Below, in pieces: positions 52,749-64,000 of a DNA stretch of 64,000 nt (its first letter is position 1; every line of letters begins with the position of its first letter). The translations under genes were made by a program, and so were the position numbers. The notes below the pieces were generated by a model that worked only from the letters and a program-made list of their open reading frames with translations, searched no databases and had not been told where the DNA came from. Location: positions 118,296,001 to 118,360,000 of the forward strand of contig OX597821.1 of NCBI GenBank assembly GCA_951406725.2, given 5' to 3'. This DNA is from Octopus vulgaris. Its lineage: Eukaryota.

Positions 52749-53194
52749 GGGTACAGGGCATCAACAACGGTTCAAACAACATGAAATACGTAAACAAACG
52801 GGTTAAATACAAAGACGAGAAAAATGGAGAACAGAACAAGTAAACACCGAGAAAGGACCTTCATCAGTTGTCGGCTGCCTATCTACTCGTCATTTCCAGA
52901 ATTGTCTGAGTTTACTTATCCAGTTCTTCAATTTTATCTCGTTTATGTATTAAACCCGTTTCTTTACGTATTCCATGTTGCTTGTACCATATATGTCATA
53001 GTTAGTTTACTATTTATTATTTAATTGAACTCCATGCATCCATTTCCAAGTAAGTTATATATGTATATATAACATTACGTCAATTCAAAAAATAATAATC
53101 ATCAGATGAAACACATTTTCAAAACACTACCATATCCCATGTATACAGTAGAGAAATGCTGGAATCCAGCTGAAGCTGACCGTGAAATGGGTCA

Positions 53195-54577
53195 GATTTA
53201 CGGTTATTTTCTCAACACTTTGTCTGGTGTCATATTCCCTATCTCATGGTCGCACTGAATCATAAAATCTCATAGGATCTTTGCATTATCATTTTCGAGG
53301 ATGCCTTCGGGTTTATGTTTCTACCACCTTTTGGCTGTGTCAAGTCCATACATGTAGCGAAGTGTCCAAAAGACATTCCTTGCTATATTGCCACGTTGTC
53401 TACTGGGCTAGTGGCGTACATTGACTGGTAATATGCCATACTGTTTCACTATTTTGTCTACAAGTTCTGCACTTATCACTTTCTGTTGTTTTTTCTGTAT
53501 TTAATTTAATTGGTTCTTAATGCTTGCTCTTAGGCAGCACAGATTAGATCCTCCGTTTCCGGTTTTAAATCACTTTTAGTCATTCATAACCATCTTTGTT
53601 CTCCATCTGCCTTGTCTTCAGCATTCCAATGAAATTGTTCATGAATTCTTTTGTTTATCCACCTATTTTCAGTTTCATTCGTGTTCAATTGCTTGTACAG
53701 TGCTTTATCTTTGCAACCTTCCGTCCTACACAAGCCTGACCTTCTCACTTCCAACAATAGTGGTTCTGTGGCATCTTTTTGCATACCATGCTACGTTGTT
53801 TTCTTCTGCTCTAATACTGAGTACGCGTTCAATCACCCCCCCCCCCTCTGCCTCTTTTTCTTGGTGTATTCAGTCTGTTTTGTCACTTTTGGGGTTGAGA
53901 ATCCCATATCTAGTCAGCAACTTTCTTGTCTTTCTGTCTAAGCTGTTTAGCTCGTCTACCGTCCATGTGTTTATCCCTCGTCTATATCTAATTATTGAAA
54001 TCGCCCAGCTGTTGATAGCTTCAATCTTATTCCATCCGTTTAATTCCGACTTAAGTATCAGTCTCAGTCTGTGCAAGTACTCCACCTAAAAATTTTCTGT
54101 CATTTCTTTCTCCATCAATTTATTCATCTTCTGTATCTCCAAGTACTTATAGCCCGACTTTTCTATCTGCTCCATAACCTCCGCCGTCGGTATCGCCATC
54201 CCATCTATAAATTTGATTTTGCCTCTCTTCAAGACTAACTCACCACACGTTTTAAGTCCGAACTCCATTCTAATATCAGCACTGAAAGTATACACCGTAT
54301 CAACGAGGGAACTGACTTGGGCTTCATCTTTACCATAAAGTTTGAGGTTATTCGTGAATATTAAGTGGTTGACTTTTTTGTTGACGGCTTTTGAATACAT
54401 ATCCAGACATTGCTTTCCTCAGAATCAGTGTTAGTGTTATCATGCAGAGTACAAAGACCAGTGGGGACAGGCAGACCCTTTAGAAAGATGCTTCTCCTGA
54501 TTCCCATTGTCCCTTAGGTTCTTCCAGATGCTGTCAAGTCCGTCCTCCAATTCGCCATACTTTTTCGAAGCAATCGA
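53195..54577 (-). pseudogene. R4/Dong-clade (RLE) LINE fragment
   Basis: NHLIFTNNLKLYGK (decayed FMDD), EYLHRLRLILKSELNGWNKIEAINSWA, CCHC knuckle CRTCRQNSETVWHITSQC, DFMIQCDH. Confidence 0.85.
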
Positions 54578-56020
54578 TCAACATTCTGCTTTTTCTAATG
54601 CAATATTATATAATTCCTTGTTATTGGTAAATATATCTTCGTTAGATGAGCGGTAATTTATTCTTTGTACGATATTATTAATTAAACAATTAATAATTGA
54701 CTTAGGATGATTACTTTTTATATTAATATACGTGATTTTGGAATTAGGCTTATGGTATGACGCATATTTTCCAGAAATAAGGTTAAAATTCAAGTCTAAA
54801 AATTAACTGAGTTATGTTCTATATAAATAGAAATATTAAACCCAAGTCGGTTAACGAACTGGTGGATTCTTTTCTTGTATAATTTTAGTTTTCTGTTTGA
54901 ATGGATTTTGATGATGAATAGTGCATCATCCCTTTATAGACTACCCCTTGTTTCAGAAAATTCACTATTTAACTTATATAGAATGTATAAACCGACTAAA
55001 TCCATGGCCACACCAAAGCAGTCAGGTGTATCCTTGCGGGCTTACAATTTATTATGGAAATTAATTATTGATATTTTGGCTGTTAGTATGATTTGAATTT
55101 CTTTCCTAGACAATTTAGTATTATTTTAGTAAATATAAGGGCACTGTTTATGACTGTTGCGTCAACTGATGTGTAATAGTCGTTAATATCTATCTGTAAG
55201 AATTTGCATTTATTTATATTTTCTATTTTGATGAACCAATCTATTGCCTCATGTGTTTGAGTTTACTTTTGTTATTGAGTTCTGTATATTTATTCATAAT
55301 ACATTTACTTAGTTTACCTATGTCCGATCTTGCACGGCAGATTAATCTAACTTCAGTGTTTGTTTCAAAATTATCACTGTGGCCCTTTAAAGAAATTCTA
55401 GGCCTTAAAGGAAAAAAGGTTCGGTTGTATCTTCAATAGCGTATTCAGTCTTATTTTTTTAGCTTCTGGAAACTATCGTGTACTTTTTGGTGATTTCCTT
55501 CCTAAGTAGATCATGATATACATCAATGTTCAAATCATATATATTTCCTATTTTGTCAGATTAAACCAATATAGCTCGTTTAGAGTTTAAATCCAAAATT
55601 ATTGAACTTAATTTCCGCTGGTGTTGATCTCTGAGTTGGTTCTTCACGAATTTGATATTTCTTAGTGGTTTCCATAATTCGTCTTCAAAAGTAGATAATT
55701 TTTATGCTAAACGTAAGCTTATTCTTCCTCATAGAAAAATGTACCACTTATTCTCGATTCACAATGTTCTAATAAAAGCAATCAAGGGAAGATTACTGCC
55801 CTTAACCCACCTGCAAATTCTAGTGGCAAACCGAGTAAGTTTTGCGATTGTAGGCTTAACGGACAATGTTAATTTAAAAATCATTGCAAACGGAAGAATT
55901 TAGTATACTAAGCTATAGTTGAAGCTGAAGGTAAGTACGTTTTCTATCTTGGTTCTACGGAGTCATATACGAAAATCCGTATATAGGAGATTATATGTTC
56001 TGCAAATTCTTGCCATCCTC
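54578..56020 (-). pseudogene. Penelope-like element RT, decayed
   Basis: VRLICRARSDIGKLSK, DLVGLYILYKL, GSL*RDDA (YRDD) and YHKPNSKITYINIKSNHP. Confidence 0.8.
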
Positions 56021-56444
56021 CAGATAAAAATTGTCAAGTCTGCACATCGGAGCGCTATAATATTCTTTTTCTAATAATAAATTATTAAACGAGAGAGTTG
56101 AGAAATTCTCCCCATGCCTACACACTCCTAAATATATATTTTATAAACATCATTAATCATTCTGTAATTATTAATATCACTTATTGTTAGGTTCCTGATT
56201 AACCATTAATACTTTACTAAATTTGAAACTGAATTAATTAAATCCTTATTAGAGCCAGAATTTATATCTATAATTTTATGCATTATGTAATTACATAATA
56301 TCATGCCTAAATATACTTATTAATAACATATATTTCTAACATATGCACAATTGGTTATATATATATATCGTTTTATTCCAATAATCATTCAATCCTATTT
56401 CTTTCGTAATATATGAAAGTAACATTCCCATACCTATATATTTA

Positions 56445-56660
56445 TTCTTTTTTGCTCTCGGCACAAGGCCCGAAATTTTGGGGAAGGGGAAAAGTCGATT
56501 AGATCGACCTCAGTACGCAACTGCTACTTAATTCATCGACCCCGAAAGGATGAAAGGCAAAGTCGACCTCGGCGGAATTTGAACTTAGAACGTAGCGACA
56601 GACGAAATATCGCTAAGCATTTCGCCCGGCGTGCTAACGTTTCTGCCAGCTCGCCGCCTT
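56445..56660 (-). mobile_element. SINE family A variant
   Basis: TSD tacctata(t/c)attta; alternative tail. Confidence 0.85.
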
Positions 56661-57651
56661 TACCTATACATTTATTGCATATCTATTATTTATTTCTTAT
56701 TTTTCCATAGTAAAGTAAATTATAATATAATTCATATTCGTTTAGTTATCTTTAAATATCAATACTCTCGTAAAGAATCGACCATAATTCATAAATATAG
56801 ATACGCTGGTTTTCTTCATATTGCGTAATATGTTATTCCTTCTTTTTATGAAATAATCTCCAATTTACATATTTATATAGTTAATAATTAATAATTACAA
56901 ATATATTATACTACTTTATAACATATACCCAAATACATGATCCCCCATATTCTACTACCTTTAGTTCATTATTTTATAGTTTATGTTGTTCCTCTTCTCA
57001 CCCTCGTTCAGCTTTCCTTTTTCTGACATCTTAACCATATAATCCTAAGTATTAAACTCCCCCTACCATACCCTTAAAAACTTAACTTTGCTGATAACAA
57101 ATATTTAATAAAAATATATATGTTTGACAAAGAGTTTATATATATATATAAGAATAGCTATGTAGTATGTGTTGATATACGCTTGTATGTGCGAGTATAT
57201 ATGTATATATTTGTACATGTGTATGCATATGTACATATATATGTTTATATAGGTATTTATATATGTGTATGCGCACGTAAGTAAATATATGTATGCATGT
57301 GCCAATGTGTAAACACATTAATTTGAATATATACTTTTCATATATTCATATCTGACTCACGGTTGATAAATAAGGCTTAAACGATTTATAACTTAATGGT
57401 CAATTTTTTTAGACCTTTTATTTATACTTGATTAAAAATATCACACATAATAATGTGAACGCTTCTCACCTACAATTTTCCTGAATTTGTATCTTTTACC
57501 AAAGCAACGAAAATAATTCATCTTTAGCCGTTGATTAATCATTTTTACGATCTCTCTTTTCTTTTATTTTATTTTATTGTATAATTCCTCTCTTGCATAT
57601 TTAAATATTCTTTTCTTTTATCTCAATTTTATACTATATATATTTTACATA

Positions 57652-57885
57652 TAAGGCGGCGAGCTGGCAGAAACGTTAGCGGTGCCGGGCGAAATGCTTA
57701 GCCGTATTTCGTCTGTCGCTACGTTCTGAGTTAAAAATCCGCCGAGGTCGACTTTGCCTTCATCCTTTCGGGGTCGATAAATAAAGTACCAGTTACGCAC
57801 TGGGGTCGATGTAATCTACTTAATCCCTTTTTCTGTCCTTGTGTGTCCCCTCTATGTTTAGCCCCTTGTGGGCAATAAAGAAATA
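57652..57885 (+). mobile_element. SINE family A
   Basis: Full head-to-tail match; flanked by tatat(a/g)ttttacata. Confidence 0.9.
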
Positions 57886-58130
57886 TATATGTTTTACATA
57901 CATTTATATTTTCCATTAATTTATTTTTATTATTCATTTTAAAATCTTTCTTTACCATTATGTTTATATCATTTTTATTTACTTTGTTTACTGTATTGCA
58001 TCTTGACTAATATCTATAACTCACTAGCTAGACATATTGGCATTATATATTGGATCTAACTTTTTAAATTTGTTACTATTTTGTATGCATCCTTTCAAGA
58101 AATATGTTAACCTTTGTTCTATAAGCTCAT

Positions 58131-58250
58131 AAAACCCCGAAGAGGTTCTGTCCCATATACCAGAAAATGATACCAATTCTTAGCATATAACCAAATGCTT
58201 AGAATTAAGTCTCACATACGGATATGAACCGAAACATATATGTAGGTTTT
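58131..58250 (+). ncRNA. type I hammerhead ribozyme motif with long stem II (core CCGAAGA, U4C variant)
   Basis: Stem I aaaacc/ggtttt, stem II ggttc/gaacc, GAAA 58231-58234, palindromic ACATATATGT stem III, GUA triplet. Confidence 0.7.
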
Positions 58251-58443
58251 TCGCATCTGCCCTTTCTCTTTGAGCTTTACAACTTATAATTTATTTGTAT
58301 TGTTATTATATAAAAATATTCAACATCTTTATTTCATACAAATAAATTATTCATACTCCCATTTTTGTCCGTTTTCTTTCTTTCAACACACACACACAAA
58401 CAAACATATATATATATGTATATATGTATATATAATATATATA

Positions 58444-58475
<32 letters not shown>

Positions 58476-58946
58476 CGTACGTATGTATGTATGTATGTAT
58501 GTATGTATGTATGTATGTATGTATGAATATATATACATATATATAATTATATATATATATATACAAATTGAGATAGGGGTTGTAAGTGCAACCCTCCATG
58601 GGATAACATATATCCAATATACTGCTAGTGAAGCACCCAACAAAGTTAATACATAAATGTTAAGAACTGCGATGCAATTAATTCATTTACTGTATTATAT
58701 GGGCAAAGGTAAAATGTTTTACCACAAATTAATAATACAAAAAAAGAAAATGGAGAAACACATCTTAATCAATAATCAACTACCAGATAATACCCAATCA
58801 CATAATTTATTAAACCACTACATATGAACATTAAGGTCAAACATAATAATATAGAACAAAACAATGTACATGAAAGAGTAATATGATACAATAAGTACAG
58901 TATGTATAAGTGAATATAAATAAATACAAATATAAATATAAACTAC

Positions 58947-59073
58947 ATCTTACAGCTGTTTCGGCCATGCAGATATGGGTGTCTCATTATGCTCATATTA
59001 GCCATGTGTGATAGGTCAATATGTAGTAATAAATGAGACACTTACAAAAATATCACAAGGCCTCTTCAGAGAT
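58947..59073 (-). ncRNA. type I hammerhead ribozyme motif, intact core, long stem II
   Basis: Minus strand reads atct-CTGAAGA-ggcc-[~92 nt hairpin]-ggcc-GAAA-cagctg-TA-agat. Confidence 0.8.
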
Positions 59074-59638
59074 TATGAAGTACAAACTAAATTAAATATG
59101 AATATCAGCGGAGGTACACCCATACAAGAGTGGGTACATACCCATAATATATAATATACACATACATATGAGTGCATATACCCATACTCCTATACATATA
59201 TATATACATATACATAATAATATACAGCAATATACATACATATGTTCTATATTCAATGTTACAGTTGGTCAACATAATATTATGATATTATGATATTACA
59301 ATATAGAAAACATACACATATTCATATTCAAATGCAGATATACAAAGTCAAGAGTTCATTATATTAAGTTACAAAATGTCATTGATATTACCATCATAAC
59401 TATTATCATTACCACTATTGCTACTAATATCATTATTATTATTAATAACATTAATACCAGCAAAACAATATATGCATCACGCGGTTAGCAACATAATAGC
59501 AAAAACAACAACAATAATACTACAGTACCATGCAAAGCATTAAAGATCGGCACATACATATAAAATGAAAAGTGAAAAACATTGGTTTACATGATATTAA
59601 GTTCCACAAGTGTACAAACGTACATGCGAGTGCAGGCC

Positions 59639-59697
<59 letters not shown>

Positions 59698-60984
59698 CAC
59701 GCGTACGTATATACATACACCATTATATTATATACTTTGCAAATATATCAAAGTTTTATTGAATTTTGGAATGTGAAACAAGACTTTCAAGGATAAGGTG
59801 ATGTGAAAGTATGTTTCGATTGCAATACAAATAAATTATCAACCCTTGTATTCAATTAGAATTTGTCTTATAACAGAAAAAAGAGAAAGAGAAGAACACA
59901 CAAAATTTTATTTCTGCCATGATATTAGTTTATTCAATTTTCTGTACAATGTCACTTTCAAAATTTAAAAAAATTTATGTCTTACGAAAGGAACTAAAAA
60001 TTTACATGAAGAAAAGGAAGTCTTTAATAACATTTTATGTAATTAATACATTAATAAGGCTTTCAAAGAGGGCGTCAACGGTACACAACGTTAATAACAG
60101 CACTATTTATTACATGATAAAATTACTAATCTATATAATGAAGGTAACTATATACGTGATTGAATTACCGAGACAGGATCGAGCTATTTGTTGCATTACA
60201 TTCTTGGACAATTACAGAATCAGAATGAACTAATATGTAGTTTGGATTTATCTCAGCACGTTAAGTATTCGAAATTCCACCACGGGTGGCGAACACAACA
60301 CGTATTTTTCCACCAAGGGATTAGTGTTCCTGCACAACATCCATCAAACTGAGCGTTGTATGGTGTAATACCATTACAACAGGCATTTAAACTATTCGTT
60401 TTCGGGTGAACTACATTGTTACAACAGTAATGCGTATATGGATTATAGTGTTCATTATAACACCTGTACCATGGATAGTAAGACTGTACTGCTGTAATAG
60501 AAGAAAATAATCGAAATGAGTACAGGTATGTCTATTATACACAAATACGAACACATTCAGAAAATAAAAGCCATTCAATTAGAAATTATTTATCACATTA
60601 AAAACCTATATAATATATATTTAAATCATACGAAAAATTCTCTTAGAAAAGTTAATTCACACACAACTGAACGTCCAAAAATGTATGCAGGTTAAATGTA
60701 AGCATTGTTTGCAATCTTCAGCAATTCATTCGAACATGTTATCAGGTAAACCTTATAACACATATGTTGAAAAATTGGGAAACAAGAAAAAGTCGCTTGA
60801 CCAAATATCCATACATAAGATCTCTATTAATTCCCATCCTTTTATAAAAAAATTAAATTTGAAATCTACTTTCATATATTGTGCGTATAGAAAGTAAATT
60901 TGTTTTCTCTCAAACCTGTATCTACATATGTATATACATTCATCCAGCCTTATGTACACACATTCATACATACATATGTATGTA

Positions 60985-61375
60985 CGAGCAAAACGCCCCA
61001 CGTCCAATGGACGGTGCTGAGTTGTCAAACACTTAAACCAAATTTTCTCAAAACAACTTGTCTGACCGTCCCATTTTGTGGCATTATTTCAAGCCAGCCG
61101 GCCTTTTTTTTTGCGCAAACTGCACGTGGATTTTCTCGCGTACGCGTAGTATCGATCGCAACAGCTGATGTACTTGCGCGTACAAATGCACGTTATCATG
61201 GCTTTATCGATCGCATTCTCTCCTGGAATTGATTTTTGTAATTTTTTCAAGACTTATACATGCCCTAATACCCTCGGTATCTACATATCAAATTTGAGCG
61301 CAATCGGATGGAGGACGCCCGAGATCCTAGAAGACACACACACAGACAGACAGAACGGATTTTATATAATAGATA
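60985..61375. mobile_element. non-autonomous Helitron/Helentron-like (HINE-like) element
   Basis: Terminal pattern aaatttgagcgcaatcggatg...cagacagacag...ttttatataataga resembles such elements; left boundary uncertain. Confidence 0.5.
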
Positions 61376-61481
61376 TGCATATATATATACATACATATAC
61401 ATATACATATACATATAATAGATATGCATATATATATACATACATATACATATACATATACATATATGTATTATATATATT

Positions 61482-61533
<52 letters not shown>

Positions 61534-62438
61534 TATATATATTTGACTGTATGTATTTGTGTGCGCGTGTATGTGTACGTGCGTGTGCGTGTGTATGTGT
61601 GCGTGTATGAATATAAGCGTATTCAGTCGAAGTTAATAGTTTGCATGAACGGAAAAGAAAACATAATCTCTGGGAGAAGGGATTAATTAGATTACATTGA
61701 CCCTAGTGCGTAACTGGTACTTGATTTATCGACTCCGAAAGGATGAAACGCTAAGTCGACTCTGGCTAGTCTTCTGAAATAATATAGATGTGGATATAGA
61801 TGTGACAAAAATGTATACACCAAATATGTCACCAGCCGTATTTATAAAAAACTATTTAACTGTAGCAGGGACACAACCATTGTCAAAACTTGTTCGACTT
61901 TTCAACTTTATCATAAAAGTTAAAATGTGTCATAGAGTTGACATAATTCGAACTCAAATATTTTGATATTTCAATGTATGACACAAAAAAAAAAAAAATG
62001 ACTAAACTGTATTCTCTTTATCCTAACTAAATAACTCACGTATTGATTCGGTACAGGATTATCCATAGATTTGTAATAGAAATAAGCTGAATGCCTTCCA
62101 AAATAGCGGAATTTGTGAAATATATATTTTGCTTAATGAAGGCGAAAATAAGGATTAAAAATGTTGACAAAAAAACTTAATGACTTTCTACGAGAGTATC
62201 AGGTAAGCTCCCTTATTCGAAATTACCTGCGAATATAAGATGTTTTATAGGGAGCCGTGACATAGAATATACGGAAGCTGTTGGAAATATTAGTAACTCA
62301 GAAGTGTACAGAGAGGAAGTGTAGACAAAAGCACGCATAGAAAGAGACACGCGCATGTATATATAATGCATAAATACATGTAAATACATATACATATATG
62401 CAATTCCACGTTCATTCAAGACCGAAATGTGACTTTAC

Positions 62439-62492
<54 letters not shown>

Positions 62493-62595
62493 ATATATAT
62501 ATATATATATATATACGTATAGGATATTCGTACGTTTCTATAATTGGAAAAATACAGTTTTCAACGGAGAATGGTCATTTAGAACAAATTTGCGA

Positions 62596-64000
62596 CGAGG
62601 GTGGGCTGAAAAGTTCATAGGCAAACGATGAAGGAGTGATACTAGAGCAGTGAAGTGTTGCCTGCATTAATTTTAACCCCACTTATTAATTGTTTCATTC
62701 CAAGTAATTCAAAGAAGATTTCAAAAGTAACTAGTAGCGACAAGAGACAAGGCGTCAACATCACTGCAGTACTAGTTCCCAGTAGTGGAGGCGCAATGGC
62801 CCAGTGGTTAGGGCAGCGGACTCGCGGTTTCGATTCCCAGACCGGACGTTGTGAGTGTTTATTGAGCGAAAACACCTAAAGCTCCACGAGGCTCCGGCAG
62901 GGGATGGTGGTGATCCCTGCTGTACTCTTTCACCACAACTTTCTCTCACTCTTACTTCCTGTTTCTGTTGTACCTGTATTTCAAAGGGCCGGCCTTGTCA
63001 CTCTCTGTGTCACGCTGAATATCCCCGAGAACTACGTTAAGGGTACACGTGTCTGTAGTGTGCTCAGCCACTTACACGTTAATTTCACGAGCAGGCTGTT
63101 CTGTTGATTCGGATCAACCGAAACCCTCGTCGTCGTAACCGACGGAGTGCTTTCCACTCCACACTAGTTCCCAGTGAAGTGTTTTTACATAGGGAACAGT
63201 TGATAGTCAAACAGGGCCAAATCAGGGGAATTTGGAAGGTGATCAAACAGTTCACAGCCGCAATACTTCTGTGCTGGATGAAACAACATCTCTTTCGTCA
63301 GTTTCCCTGGACGTTTGTTCCTGGTAGCTTTTCGTAACTGCAACAGCAATTTCGTGTAATACTCTGCATTGATAATGGGATCCTTTCGAAGATTATCAAT
63401 AAACGAAATACCTTTTTTATCTACCCCTACAAAAACATGAGGCCATTATTTTCTCTGCTGATGAAACAACCTTGGCCTTCTTTGGAGCAGGTGAGGGTAG
63501 GTGTTTCCACTTCACGGATTGTCTCTTTGTTTCTAGCTCAAAGTGATGAGGCCAATTCTCAACATATGTTAGGAAACGTTTAAGGAAACCAGCTGGATCT
63601 GTCTAAATGTCAGATATTCTCGTGATGTGATCAGCTGCGTTCGCTTTAGATGAGTTGTCAGAAGACTGGCAACAAACGAGCAAGCCAAGTCCATTGTGTA
63701 GAATGTTCTCAACTCGCACGGGATACGCTAATCGCATTGGTTGTTTGACTTATAGTCAATTGCCTGTCGTCCTTCACCATGTGGTGAGCACGATCAATGT
63801 TTTCTTGGTTTTGGTAGTTGCAGATTGTCCATACCTTGAGTTATATTCAAGAATCTCTCTTCCCCTCACAAATTCAGCTGCCCTATATTCAGCATTAATG
63901 TTTTGGGGGGCTAAGCTGTTTTTCTGCAGGTGCTTCATAACATTATAATGCAAAACCTTATCCATTTTCAAGGAAAGTCGCTTAAAAGTTACTTCTGATG
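62596..64000 (-). mobile_element. decayed mariner element running off the window end
   Basis: TIR-like cgagggtgggctgaaaagttc at 62596; minus-strand GCELFDHLPNSPDLALFDYQLFP and N-terminal MKMDKVLHYNVMKHLQK. Confidence 0.75.
62784..63162 (+). mobile_element. tRNA-derived SINE, family C (head variant 2), inserted in the mariner
   Basis: A box tggcccagtgg, B box ggtttcgattccc; 13-bp TSD actagttcccagt at 62771-62783 and 63163-63175. Confidence 0.9.

Noticed and set aside
52850-52900. Minus-strand CTGATGA near a PLE-like terminus
   Set aside because: No properly placed GAAA or stem II downstream.

Overview
AT-rich, repeat-saturated eukaryotic non-coding DNA. The SINE set and the density of (TA)n/(CA)n/(CATA)n tracts resemble an Octopus genome (inference, not verified). 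No host protein-coding exon can be supported. The real coding remnants are all transposon-derived: a nearly complete CR1-type LINE ORF2 (~48.8-51.8 kb), a Dong/R4-type RLE LINE, two Penelope-like (PLE) RT remnants, mariner/Tc1 and hAT transposase pseudogenes, and an RTE-like 3' end with three C2H2 fingers. The window also holds a solo LTR, several MITEs and dozens of tRNA-derived SINE copies. The most striking unannotated signal is a set of type I hammerhead-ribozyme (HHR) motifs in non-coding AT-rich elements. One has an intact core and a ~100-nt stem II insertion (58947-59073, minus). One forms the 3' part of a TSD-flanked tRNA-headed SINE (27565-27781). Several more are decayed or occur as inverted pairs. 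Together they suggest a PLE-driven, retrozyme-like non-autonomous system. Repeat boundaries were read by eye and may be off by a few bases.
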